Positions 13,200 to 26,355 of a DNA stretch of 64,000 nucleotides are shown here, in pieces. The notes under the pieces were generated by a model, which saw only the letters and a list, made by a program, of their open reading frames with translations, did no database searches and was not told the DNA's origin. The translations under genes and the position numbers were made by a program. The stretch is from Dipteris shenzhenensis (taxonomy: Eukaryota), in assembly GCA_047967505.1 (NCBI GenBank), contig CM106538.1, one strand, 5' to 3'. The first letter of the stretch is position 1. Each line of letters begins with the position of its first letter.

Positions 13200-14579
13200 G
13201 CTTCTATCAAGCCACGATGTGCAACTTTCAACAGTAGCAGCAAACAAAGGAGAAACGATGAGCAAGGGTGTAGGGAGGCGAGGCTTGGAGGGCAAAAGCT
13301 GGGCTACTTGCCAGGGCAATGGAGGTTGAAGAGGCAAAAGTACAAGGCATAAGATAGGGCAAAAGTCATGTGCAAGATAGGAAACCCATTTTCCCGTGCT
13401 TCCCCATTTCCCCCCTCCATTTTTGGGGATAAAATTGGCTCCATTTCACCATGGTTAAGAAAACAAAGAGTATGGTCAATCGTGTGAAAAGCCCTCACTC
13501 ATGGGATAGGCCACATGTGTACACATACTTGGGAGGGCAATTAATTTCTACTTTTGTTGGCAAGCCAACCAACCTAATTACTTTATAACATCTTTTCCAA
13601 GCCCAAATATATCATGGTTTCCTTAGTTATTAGGTTCACCGCCACTGATCCATAGTGTATTAAGGCATTTGTAATGGTGTCCTTCAATGCACATCTTTGC
13701 TTTGATAGTTCTAGGTTCATCGTCTCTCATAGATTGTCCCAAGACTTACACATAGCGGTCACATGACTTCCTTCCTATCACAAATTCTAAATGAAGGGTT
13801 CTATTAAGAAATTCACTATTCAAATAGCGGTCACACAGTCGCAATATTGAAAAGACACATGTATATTACACTACTATAGACACTAGAATAAAATATTAAA
13901 CCTATATTAAAGAGAGAATGATTTAATGATATATTTGTTTTATATTATGAAAGATTGTTTATATCATGACTTACAAGGTTGGATCTCAAGTTCCTTGATT
14001 TGAACCACCCTTAAAACCAATATTCTTGGATCTACAACATTGGGACTCCATGTAGCCTTCCATTACTCCATTTTTTACTTAATCCTCTGATAGATAGTCT
14101 CTTTGTCTTTGGGTGATTGGGCAATTTTGCAAAGTGTGCAAAGCAAAGTGTACTAGAAAGATAGAGTGAATATTTACAAATGCCAAAAGAGAATAAGGAC
14201 AACTTAGGAGAACCAGCTTGTGGTCAAAATCAAAGAGTGAAAGAGTGAGAGGGTATAGGTGTGGGTGTGGTGGTGTTCATGTGGCCATGTTATGCTTAAT
14301 TTGCTTGTAGGAATGCATTACTATGGAACATTTCTTACACCTTTTTCCATAGCCTTTTCTCTTATTTTCTCTAAACATTAGCCCCTTTAATTAGCCACGA
14401 TTAGTTCTTTGATTACCATAATTAACAATAAGAATCACCATCAATGAAGGAGACCTAGTGTTAGTTTTGGGCTTAGTTCATGAACACCTAGTGACTGACT
14501 TATCAAATGAGTATTTGTGTGTCATTTCTACATCGGGTCTACATCTAGGGTAAAGATTAGTTCCCCCCCCCCCTCCCAC

Positions 14580-14719
14580 CCCCCTAACTTAAATTTAAGA
14601 TTAGCCAAAACATAAAAGGGCCCCCACCCCTAATGTATAAGCTTATGCATCATCTGCAAAAAACCCCCCTAGTGTACACTCACGTGATATCGTAAGGTTC
14701 CCCTTCTGAATCCCCCGGG
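14580..14719 (-). mobile_element. DNA-transposon terminus homologous to the left end of the MITE at 40920
   Basis: Reverse complement CCCGGGGGATTCAGAAGGGGAACCTTACGATATCACGTGAGTGTACA...AAGCTTATACATTAGGGGTGGGGGCCC aligns with 40920-41055. Confidence 0.85.
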
Positions 14720-17700
14720 AAAAGGACATTGCGCTCGACACACAAACATGACGCTAATACCCAAATCATGCGTTTTTTGGATACGAGAAAGTACAAATCC
14801 AAAGAGAGCAAACTTCCAAAAAAGATCAACTGCAAAAAGACTTACCTTGGATAGAGGTATGGAAGGTTCTTCTCCTTTTTAAAGTTGCTTCTCCTCCTTG
14901 TTTGCCCTCCTCTCCTTTAAGCTTGGAAGTAAGTGTGGGTGCCTTCCTCTTAAGTGTAAGCTTGGAAGTAAGTGTGGGTGCCTTCCTCTTAAGCGTCGAA
15001 ACTGTGGTTCTGCTAATAAGGAAGCAAGCAAGCTACGTGAAGTATAAGTAATGTGAAGAAAAGCGAAGCGAGCGCGCTAAAAGCAGGTTTAAAAGCCGTG
15101 TCTAAAAGCGCGTCTATAGGCACGTCTAAATACACAGAGTAGATGCGGTTTTAGATGCGCTTTTAGATGTGCTTTTAGATGCACACCACAGAACAAACAT
15201 CTGGACGCGATTTTAGACGCGCCTTTAGATGCGCCACAGAGTTTAAAATTAAACATTTGAAGAAGAGCAAATTTTTTTGGGTTGTTTGTTTGTAGGATGT
15301 CTTCATCTTCAACAAGTAGCTCTAGTGAGGATGAATCCCTTTGTATCCACCATCACGAAATGTGGTTGGAGCAAAAAATCAAATGTATGTGTGATCGATG
15401 TCGAGGAAACATGTATCGTGCACGCAGGATTACACGCAATCACATCTCAAAGTATGGAGAATGGGATGTGACCATAAACAGGGTAAGGGTTTGTAAGTTA
15501 AGGTTGATTGAGATACCTATGGGTATTCATATGTTTGAGTTATGATCCCGTTTTAATTTGATATAGGTTGCAGTGCCACACCCACATATGTTGCCCTATG
15601 CTCGCCATGAGGAGGCAAAGCGTCGGCAATATGAGGTGGGATCTTCAGGAGGGACCATTACGGATGCATGGAGTGATGGTGATAGTAGCCCTCCACCATT
15701 ACCTCATGAAGCCGTGGAGGAGGACGTGTTTGATGATATGGTGCGGGATTTATATGTCCATCAAGGGAGGGATGATAGCATGGAGCAGGATTATCTTTTT
15801 ACTGCAGCATCGACTCCACTGTTTGAGGGGTGCACATTCTCTGTTCTACGTGCCTCCCTTGAGTTACTAAACTTGGAAACTATCTATGGATGGAGCAATG
15901 CAAGTTTGAATGCATTACTCAAGTAAGCTTTAAAGTCTATTTTGGAAACATGGTGAATTATGCTAGTGGGTCAATTACTTGAATGCTTTTCTTCATTTAT
16001 GGTCTTCACGTGCAGGCTATTGTGTAAAATGCTTCCAAGGGAGAATAAATTACCGACCTCAAGAGATATGGCAAGGCAACATGTGACCTCTCTTGGAGGA
16101 TTAGATTACAAGCGCATCCATGCATGTATCAACGATTGCGTTTTGTTTCGTGGACTACATAAGGATGCAAGAGAGTGTCCTACTTGTGGAGAGGCAAGAT
16201 ATAGAGCAAATCTCAAAACTTTGGACGTGCCTCATAAGGTTCTGCGACATTTTCCCATAATCCCTCGCATCCAACATATGTTCAAGTGCAAATCTATTGC
16301 AGAGCTCATGTCATGGCATTCCTCCCATCGATCAACTGATGGCAAGTGGAGAACTCCCGCGGACTCTCCTGCATGGAAGCATATTGAAGACACATGGCCA
16401 AGCTTCAAGGAAGAACCTAGGAGCTTGAGACTTGGATTGGGTATGGACGGTGTGAACCCATTTGGTCTCAAAAGCACGTCTTACAGTGTATGGCCAGTGA
16501 TATTGGTGAATTATAATCTTCCACCCTCTATGGCTATTAAGAAAGGACATGTTATGCTGTCCCTTCTAATTCCAGGGAAACATAAAGTCAAAAACCCTGA
16601 TGTTTATTTGGAGCCTTTGATTGACGAGCTAGAGATACTTTGGAGAGGTATCGAGGTGCATGATGTGAGCAGGCCTCCCTCGTCACGAGACTTTAACTAC
16701 AAAGCAGTCTTGATGTGGACGATGCATGACTTCCCAGGCTATGGCGAGTGTTCAGGTAAGCATTGCACTTCTAATTATGAATAGGCAGAGGATGTGGCAC
16801 CCTAAACCCACCTTCAACTCTTAATTGCATATATTGTTCAGGTCTCACTACATCGGGCTACCATGCATGTCCTGTTTGTGGTCCTTCACTAGTTGCCTCA
16901 TAGGCAGACGCATTGAATAAGGTCATCTATGATAATCACCATCGATTTCTCCCACCTAATCATCTTAGATATGTTGCCCCTTGGAATGAAGTCCTCCCAC
17001 AATCACTCACCGTGGGAGATTGGATGAGAATTTGGGACGGTTCCACGACTCCTCCACCACTTGGCATGAGCTGGTAAGGGTTTGTAACTATTGTGTGCTA
17101 TATTGGTTGGAAATAAAGATTGTTCGCTAACACTTTATTTTGTTTAGATAATCCATCTTTTATCGTTTACCATATTGGTTCCACCTCAAGATCAATCACC
17201 TGCTTCATCCCATGCATATCTTCAAGAATGTGGCATCTACCATTTGGGAGCATTTGAATGGGACACGAGATTCTATAGGCATAAGGGAGGATCTACGTAC
17301 CACAGGAAGGATGCGTGAAGCTTGGCCACAAGAGAGACCAAATGGGCATGTTTTTTTACCTCATGCACCGTGGATGTTATCAAAGCTAGAGATGGCGACG
17401 GTGAAGCCTGCTATTACTACAATTCGTACTCCTAGTAGATGCATGAGGTGTTTGAAGGGAGCCTTTACAAAGAGTAAGAAAAGAGGTGTAGAGCAATTAT
17501 ATGGCTTGAAATCTCATGATTGTCACAAGATGCTCCAAGTATTTTATGTGCATAATATCTTTTTCCTTTCAAATTTGTGAGTGAATAATTATAAGCAACT
17601 AATCAACCACCTCCTCGTGGGTTCAGTTCATACTACCTACTAGCATTTCATGTAGTGCATCGAAGGACATGAAAGATTGTATTTACAAGATGGGCAAGCT

Positions 17701-19789
17701 TGTGAGGTACTTTACATGATGCAAAATATGATGCGTATCAATGCTGCTCGAGTTATGTCAGTGGAGGTGGTTTGTTTAGTGGAGGAGACATTTCCACGTT
17801 CTATTCTCACTAGCCGACTACATCTTATAGTGCATTTGGTGGATGAGATTGCTATATGCGGTACTATACATGCATGATGGTTGTTCTTCCTCAAGCGCTT
17901 CATGAAGAACTTGAAGGGCTTCGTGAGACAAAATGCAAGACCCGAAGGTAGCATGGCCGAGGGTTGGTTGGTACAAGAGTCACTTGTATATATTTCTGAG
18001 TTTCTTATTAATGTGGATAGCTCTCTCCCACGACTATGGAGAGATGATGAAGACCTAAGGATGACCTCTATTGTGTCTCGAGGGAAAGGATGCAACAAAG
18101 TAATAGACACGGAGTTGCATAATAGTATCAACCTCTTTTGCGTGCTTAATAGTGATGTGATGAAAAGATGGGTGACAAGATACGAGGATGCAAAGGCAAG
18201 AAGACAAGAAGAAAGGGCCCTCTTTCGTACACACCACGGATCTCGTGTGCCATACCCTCCCAAAGGATATTCATGTGGATTGGCTACTTGATGAAATGGA
18301 GAAAGCAGAGAAAGACGAGGGGATGCATATCACAATGGAAGAATGGGAGTATGCTAGGGGATGCATGAGCAAGGTCGGTGTATAGAATGTTATGCATAAG
18401 TTAGGAGCTTTCAATAATTTAGATTGCTTATTTAATTGATTTTTTCTTGGTGTAGTGCACTATGTTCAATGCTATATGGTGTGAGGGCAAGCATTTTCGA
18501 ACACAACGGGATAAGAGAAACACACAAGATTGTGGCGTCATTGCTAGCTTTGAGGGAGCCAATGGAGCCATGGATGATTATTGTGGCATAATCCAAGATA
18601 TTATTATGCTTGACTTTCGACGCTTCTTTGTGTATGTTTTGGATGTAAAGTGGTTTAAGGACGTGGTGGAAAGAGGCCCTAATGCAACAATCAAACGCCA
18701 TGCAAGTGGCTTTGTAACTATTGACTCCACAAAGTTTTGGCAAAGTAGGAAGGACACACTAGTACTACCGCAACAATGTGAACAGATACTATGCACACAT
18801 ATAAAAATACTCGCTTTTAAATATTTGATGCAAAAAAAATAACATGATTGTATTTGTGTTTGAATTAGATTGTCTATCAACCAATGGTGGATAATAATAG
18901 ATGGTGGCATGTCATACCTATTATGCCACATTCCAAAGTGATGTATAGTACATTTACTAATATGGAGCATATGGAGGATGATCATGGCCATGGACGTGAT
19001 GATGATCGTGATTTGAGAGAGGAGGATGATCATGAGATAGGAGATACAGATATTGAGGCCATTACCCGTGAGCATGAGCCTACCATTGGTGATGCTGATT
19101 TCAATGAGCACATGAGTACCACAAGTAGTAGTGGGTTAAATGTATTTGTAGATCTAAACACTTGTTTGGATTTTGAAGTAGATAGTTTGGCAACGGTTGA
19201 TCTCATTGAGGATGAGATTGAACCATATCCCATCATTGATATTGGCAAAACTATTTTACATATTGTCTCATTCTCCTCACCTCACTTAATTCTTGTATAT
19301 GTGGGCTTGCAAAAAAGCATTGATGTTTTTGTTAAAATTATGTGCTTTGGTAATCATGGGCAATGTTTGGAAAGCAATGATGTACACCAAAATCTCACTT
19401 TCTGTATTCTCTGGTTTGCGTCTATTTACGTGTCTAAATACGCGTCTGATTTTCAATGTAAATGCACAAATAAACACGCTAATACACGTGCAAATAGACG
19501 CGTTGATAAATGCCATGTTAGACGGGCCAATATTTTCTCAGTTTAGATGCGCAAATAGACGTGTTAATACATGCACAAATAGATGCACTGATAAACGCAA
19601 TGTTAAATGGGCCCGTATTTTCTCAGTTTAAACGCGCAAATAGATGTGCTATTTAGATGCGCAAGTAGACGAGTTGTTAGATGCGGTTTTAGACGCACCT
19701 GTAATTCCTGTACTTAAGCAATGCCTATAGATGCGCCCGCTATTTTATGCATCTACCAAGCGCATCTATAGTTGCTTTGTGTTGTTGTG
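14720..19789 (+). mobile_element. CACTA/EnSpm transposon, right portion (left end not seen)
   Basis: TnpD-like transposase; clusters of TAGAYGCG repeats at 15095-15235 and 19415-19770; terminus ...TGTGTTGTTGTG (19789) abuts copia RT sequence. Confidence 0.8.
15297..19270 (+). pseudogene. CACTA transposase (TnpD/Tnp2; Transposase_21 + DUF4218/DUF4216-like regions), multi-exon, with stops; 3' end approximate
   Basis: KRIHACINDCVLF, CPTCGEARY, LRHFPIIPRIQ, DSPAWKHI, LGLGMDGVNPF, WPVILVNYNLPP, DVYLEPLIDELEILW, WTMHDFPGYG, MHIFKNV, GLKSHDCH, HLIVHL, RPEGSMAEG, YCGIIQDI. In-frame stops near 16900 and 17876. Confidence 0.92.
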
Positions 19790-21700
19790 TTGACAAGCCA
19801 GAATGGCAAACTACTATGAATGAAGAAATAGAAACTTTGTACGAAAACAACACTTGGGATTTATGTGACCTTCCACTAGGAAAGAAGGCCATAACAAACA
19901 ATTGGGTTTACAAAGTGAAGTATAATCCAAATGGAAGCATTGAAAGATACAAGGCAATACTAGTTGCAAAAGGATTTGCACAACAATATGGTCAAGACTA
20001 TGATGAGACTTATGATCTTGTCGCAAAGATGGATTCCATAAGATTTTTTATATCACTAGCGACACTTAGATCGAATGTGTACCAATAACTAGATAGAATG
20101 TGTGCTAGCTAGATGTTAAGATTGCGTTCCATAAGATTTTTTATATCACGATCAAACGAAATGTGTACCAGCTAGATGTCAAGAATGCTTTTCTCAATGG
20201 TGGCTACTTAGAAGAGGAAGTCTACATGCAACAACCAACAAAGTATGTTGAACCAGGGAAAGAGCATCAGGTTTGCCATCTCAAGAAATGCCTCTACAGC
20301 TTAAAGCAAGCACTTAAAAGTTGGTACATAAGAATGGACAAGTATTTTGCTAATCTGGGATACATGAAGTCCAATGCAGATCATACTCTCTACTACAAAG
20401 TTCAAGGGAAAGAAGTTACTATTGCACTTTTGTATGTAGATTATCTGATTGTAACAGGAAGCTGCGATAGCTTCAGTAGAAACCTAAAACAAGATTGATC
20501 TGCAGAGTTCAATAGGAAAGATCTTGCACTTATGCACTATTGTCTTGAGGAATTGAGTTCTGGAGAGACTCAGACAGCACCTTCATGAGCTAACAAAAAT
20601 ATGTGGATAGTCCCCTGAAGAAGTTTCATATGGAAGATTGCAAGACTGCAGCCACTCCCATGGAACAGAGATTGAAACTTACAAAAGATCCAGGAAAGCC
20701 TGCAGTCAATGACAAGTACTATTGGTAGCTCATCGTATCTCTTATATATTTGACTATCACAAGGCCAAATATTTGTTATGCAGAAAGTTCACTTGCACAT
20801 TTTATGGAAAATCCGAAACAGTCTCACTAGAATGCATCCAAAAGAGTCTTGAGATACATCATAGGTACAATACATTTTGGGATAGAATACAGAGGAAGTC
20901 ATCCAAGGTTCCATGGATACTGTGACAGTGATTATGCAGGAGATCATGAGACCAAGAGATCCACACAAGGATATGCATGTTTCCTTGGTATCATCATGGT
21001 TGTCAAATAAACAGCCAACTGTTTCTTTGTCTTCAACAAAAGTAAAATTTAAGCCCTCACAACAGGTGCATGTGAAGGCTATATAGCTCAAAAGACTATT
21101 GTCAGAAACAGATTACTTTGATGAGACAAAGCCAACAACAATATTCTGTGATAATCAATTGGCTTAAGCATTAGCCAACAATCTAATATATCAAACCAGG
21201 ACAAAGCACATTGATGTCAAAGAACACTTAATCAGAGAAAGAGTATTACTAGGTGACATCACACTGCAACATTGCGACAGCAAAGAAAATGTTGCTGACA
21301 TCTTTACCAAACCACTTGGAAAAATAGCTTTTTGAGAAGCACTAACAAGCTCTTAGTTTGACACAGAGGAAGGACATTCCTATTCAAGGGGTGTGATGGA
21401 ATGTAATGCTCGGTCCTTCTTCAATTCCCTAAAATCATCCTCTTGAGGGAAGGTATTGAGGATTCATCTCAACATCATGTTATCATATATGCATAGCACT
21501 AACCCAAAAGAGTGCTAAAGGAAAGGGTGGGAAATCCTAACCCTAACACTAAAGGGGTTTGTATATATTTTTTATTTTCAACTAAATCTAGTGTACAGTT
21601 AGTCATTTATGATGTGCTCTCTAGCTGTGCCCTCTCCCCTCATATTCACCCTTCTCCTCTCCTCTCTCCATATTTGTTCAGACTTGACTTGGTATCAACA
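19790..21700 (+). mobile_element. Degenerate Ty1/copia 3' half (RT, RNase H, 3' LTR)
   Basis: EWQTTMNEEI, WVYKVK, LVAKGFAQ, QLDVKNAFLNG, LYVD, RTKHIDVK. PPT GAGGGAAGG then LTR 21454-21700 (TATTGA...TCAACA, decayed TG...CA). Confidence 0.88.
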
Positions 21701-21885
21701 ATTGAATTGGAGTTCACCTCTTCTTGAGCTCTTATTTGGCCAATAACCAACCTAACATTGCATTCTTTGTCACTACTCTATCAATTTACATTTGCACCAA
21801 TGGATTAAACAAATTAGAAAACCCTACCTATGTGTGCATTGGTATTTCAAGGATACTATTGGATATGGAATCACCTACCCAAGTG
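21701..21885 (+). pseudogene. Short, older copia RT C-terminal remnant
   Basis: YLANNQPNIAFFV...YFKDTIGYGITY resembles copia YLxxTRPDIAFAV...YLKGTxxYGL. Confidence 0.5.
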
Positions 21886-22554
21886 GAATCGACTTTCACA
21901 AGTATTATATCTCCTCATATCTTTACATCTGTCGCCATCCTCAAACGTAGAACGTAACCCCAAAAATCAAACCCAAAAAACAAAGCTCTCCACCCACAAT
22001 ACAACTACCAGCCTTCATGAACTGCATGTCAGCAGAGTATCTTGCACAGGCCACCAAGGTAAACCATGATGCATGCATTGGCACTACAAGGCATAGGCCA
22101 TTTTTCGACAAAAATACCGACGCTTTTTACATTAATTTTTTTTTTCCCACGGGCGCAAATGTCACTATAAGAGTCGCTAAAAGCATCGGAAAAGAACCGT
22201 CGCTATATAGCGACACTGTCAATCATCACTATATAGTGACACTAGTAAACGTCGCTATATAGCAACAATTAACAGAACTTAAAAAAAAGGGTTAGTGGGG
22301 CTAAACAGGGCTTGCTATGGCCCTGTTTAGCCCCACTAATCCTTTTTTTTTGTTGTAATTACAAAACAAAGTTTTTTTATAACAAAATTTCCCTTGTGAA
22401 AAGGGTGATACAAAATCGCTCTTGTGAAATGATGAGCAACAAAAGCATGTACATGTCGGACATATACAACACTGTTTGTACAAAATTACCCTTTCAAAAG
22501 GGCAATACAAAATTGCTCAAACGAGCGGATCTACAAAATGACATACAGGGCGAA

Positions 22555-24123
22555 GAAAATGCTACTACCACTACTACTCATCCGAATCCGAATCATCCTC
22601 ATCTTGTTGGCCTATTCCTTGGACCTCGTCAACTGTGTCTTCTCCCTCATCCTCGTCATGTGTGTTTGATCCTTGGCCCTGTTCATCACTCACCTCCGAT
22701 GATGGGACGCTTAAGCTTTGACCCTAAGAGTGAACCATATAAATCAAAAAGTAGATTGGAACTTAAATTAAAAAGTGAGATTATAAGTAGGAGTAAACTT
22801 ATACCGTGCGAGCAGCCACCTCAGCCCAATCGACCGTCGCTCCCATTGCCTCTTGCTTAATGAACCACGGCTTTGTTCCTATCCGAAATGTGCATCGCGT
22901 CTCTACATCTGTAGGAAGATGACCCATTGCAGCTTGCTGTGGATCCAATTTACGAGAGTTAGAGTTAGCTAAAGTGCATGTAATATGTAGTAAAACAAAT
23001 AGAATAATACATTAAATGAGAAGAAGTAGACTTACCACGGTTGCCTCAAATGCATACCATCTGCCTGCACCAAAGTGCGAAGTACCTACGACATCCAGCC
23101 ATCTCTTCGCAGCCCTCCTCTGACCCTCGAACAATTCAAGATGGTCCCTATTTTGCTTCTTGAAGTACTTCCAATCAGCTTTGTCTACCCAGCTGGGTTT
23201 AGCCAACCCTTTTGTGATGGAAGTACGCAAGGTTGATCTACGATGCTTCAAGACCAAACCCATGCGCTCTCGCATATAATCCTCATTAAACTCCACATTT
23301 GGCGGGTTAGGATATCTTTGTTTTAATCATCGATGACTGCCTGTTTCTTTTGGGCATCTTAATACTGCCAATCGATAGCAATGCCGCTCTTGAAGTGATG
23401 ACTCATCAACCTCCTCATGGTGGCCATCACTGCTTTGCCCTTTCTATCTTCTATTATCTCTCTGGCAGCTGTGATTTGATAGGAGAGGTCCCCTGATGAG
23501 TAAGGAGGATTGACGGTAGCAGAGTCAGAAGAAGTGGAAGTTGCACAAGCGCTTCTAGAGCAAGGAGTAGCAGTGGGAGTAGGAGAGGGAAAGGGACCTG
23601 ACTGATACTGTGTCTCCGGACCAAGTGGAGACCTGTAGGAGCGTGAGTGTGCTGACTTGTCTACATCTCCCGAGTCAGCACAACATGAGCCGCCCTTCCT
23701 ACTCTTCCTTCCCTTACGAGAGGCATGTGCAAGTGATGACCCTGCAGTCGAAGGGGCACGAGGGGACGACTGGGTAGTACGTCCCCCCGTCAGTGTAGGG
23801 GAGGGAATTGCTGAGGTCCTCTGAGATAGCAGAGAGAAGAATCTCACTGCCTCCTCATCGCTCATCTGCGCTACAAACTCGTCGGGACTCCCGACAAAGC
23901 CATGCACGGCTAGCAAAGGAGTTCCCTGAGGGGTAGTCGCAGTGCTACATGGAAGAGGCATCGGACCAGGGGTAGTCGTAGTGCTAGGTCCCAGAGGAGT
24001 CGGACCAGGGGTAGTCCTTGGGGTAGTCGCCTAAGAGAAATCAAAGTCCTCTGGAGCATAAAGATCATGAGCTCTTCTCCTGCGAGGTTGTCCGTACTCA
24101 TCAGATGAGTGACATGATCCCAT
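22555..24123 (-). pseudogene. CACTA accessory gene (TnpA/Ptta-like), spliced and frameshifted; boundaries approximate
   Basis: S/T/P-rich N-terminus, then KPSWVDKADWKYF...FEGQRRAAKR...SHFGAG, resembling En/Spm Ptta-type proteins. Splice donor near 23035; acidic tail. Confidence 0.55.
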
Positions 24124-24169
24124 GTCTAACATAGACACAAACACAAAAACAAAAAACAAAAAAACAAAC

Positions 24170-26355
24170 ATAGGCATAGGCATAGGCAAAGAGAAAGAAG
24201 AGGGAAAGGAGAGAAGAGGGAAAGGAAAGAGGGAAAGAAGAGGATTTTAGAGGGAAAAGAGAAGGGGGAAAAGAGAAGGGGGAGGAGAAGAGGAAGAACA
24301 GGGAAATAGAGAATAAGAGTTAGAGAGAATAAGAGGATAAGAGAAGGGGGAAAGAGAGAAGCATAAGCATGAGCATAAGCTCATGCTCATGCATAAGCAT
24401 GAGCTTATGCGGAAATAGAGAATAAGAGTTAGAGGAAATAGAGAAGCATAAGCTCATGCTTATGCTCATGCATGAGCATGAGCTTATGCGGAAATAGAGA
24501 ATAAGAGTTAGAGGAAATAGAGAAGGGGGAAAAAGAGAAGCATAAGCATGAGCATAAGCTCATGCTCATGCATAAGCATAAGCTCATGCTTATGCTTATG
24601 CAGAAATAGAGAATAAGAGTTAGAGGAAATAGAGAAGGGGGAAAGAGAGAAGCATAAGCATGAGCATAAGCTCATGCTTATGCTTATGCATGAGCTTATG
24701 CGGAAATAGAGAATGAGAGAAGGGGGAAATAGAGAAGGGGGAAAGAGAGAAGCATAAGCATGAGCATAAGATGCATAAGCATAAGCTCATGCTTATGCTT
24801 ATGCAGAAATAGAGAATAAGAGTTAGAGCAAATAGAGAAGGGGGAAAGAGAGAAGCATAAGCATGAGCATAAGCTCATGCTTATGCTTATGCATGAGCTT
24901 ATGCGGAAATAGAGAATAAGAGTTAGAGGAATGAGAGAAGGGGGAAATAGAGAAGGGGGAAAGAGAGAAGCATAAGCATGAGCTTATGCTTATGCTTATG
25001 CTTATGCTTAAGCATAAGCATAAGCATCAGCTCATGCTTATGCTTATGCTTAAGCATAAGCATAGGCATAAGCTCATGCTTATGCTTATGCATGAGCTTA
25101 GAGAATGAGAGAAGGGGGAAATAGAGAAGGGGGAAAGAGAGAAGCATAAGCATGAGAATAAGCTCATGCTCATGCATGAGCTTATGCTTATGCTTATGCT
25201 TAAGCATGAGCTTATGCTTATGCATGACCTTATGCAGAAATAGAAAGAGGAAATAGAGAAGGGGGAAATAGAGAAGCATAAGCATGAGCTTATGCGGAAA
25301 TAGAGAATGAGAGAAGGGGGAAAGAGAGAAGCATAAGCATGAGCTTATGCTTATGCTTATGCTTATGCATGAGCATGAGCTTATGTGGAAATAGAGAATG
25401 AGAGAAGGGGGAAATAGAGAAGCATAAGCATGAGCATAAGCTCATGCTCATGCATGAGCATAAGCTCATGCTTATGCAGAAATAGAGAATGAGAGAAGGG
25501 GGAAAGAGAGAAGCATAAGCTCATGCTCATGCATGAGCATAAGCATGAGCTTATGCATGAGCTTATGCGGAAATAGAAGAGGGAAATAGAGAAGGGGGAA
25601 ATAAAGAAGGGGGAAAGAGAGAAGCTTAAGCATGAGCATAAGCATGAGCTTATGCTTATGCTTATGCTTAAGTGTAAGCATAAGCATAAGCTCATGCTTA
25701 TGCTTATGCATGAGCTTATGCGGAAATAGAGAATGAGAGAAGGGGGAAAGAGAGAAGCATAAGCATGAGCATAAGCTCATGCTCATGCACGAGCATAAGC
25801 TCATGCTTATGCTTATGCATGAGCTTATGCGGAAATAGAAAGGGGAAATAGAGAAGGGGGAAAGAGGAAAGCATAAGCATGAGCATAAGCTCATGCTCAT
25901 GCATGAGCATAAGCATGAGCTTACGCTTATGCTTATGGTTAAGCATAAGCATAAGCATAAGCGCATGCTTATGCTTATGCATGAGCTTATGCGGAAATAG
26001 AGAATGAGAGAAGGGGGAAAGAGAGAAGCATAAGCATGAGCATAAGCTCATGCTCATGCATGAGCATAAGCATGAGCTTATGGTTATGCTTATGCTTAAG
26101 CATAAGCATAAGCATAAGCTCATGCAGATGCTTATGCATGAGCTTATGCGGAAATAGAGAATGAGAGAAGGGGGAAAGAGAGAAGCATAAGCATGAGCAT
26201 AAATGCATGAGCATAAGCTCATGCTTATGCTTATGCATGAGCTTATGCCGAAATAGAAAGGGGAAATAGAGAAGGGGAAAATAGAGAAGGGGGAAAGAGA
26301 GAAGCATAAGCATGAGCATAAGCATGAGCTTATGCTCATGCTTATGCTTATGCAT
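24170..26355. repeat. Complex satellite of GCATAA/GCATGA/GCTTAT/GCTCAT hexamers alternating with GAAATAGAGAAGGGG purine blocks
   Basis: Directly visible; it generates the spurious poly-HK/LM/CLS ORFs. Confidence 0.95.

Noticed and set aside
13640-13657. CACTA terminus (…CATAGTG)
   Set aside because: No subterminal repeats, partner end or TSD.
21690-21697. PBS-like TGGTATCA suggesting a 5' LTR
   Set aside because: It lies inside the LTR end (TCAACA), lacks GAGC, and the LTR follows RNase H and a PPT, so it is a 3' LTR.
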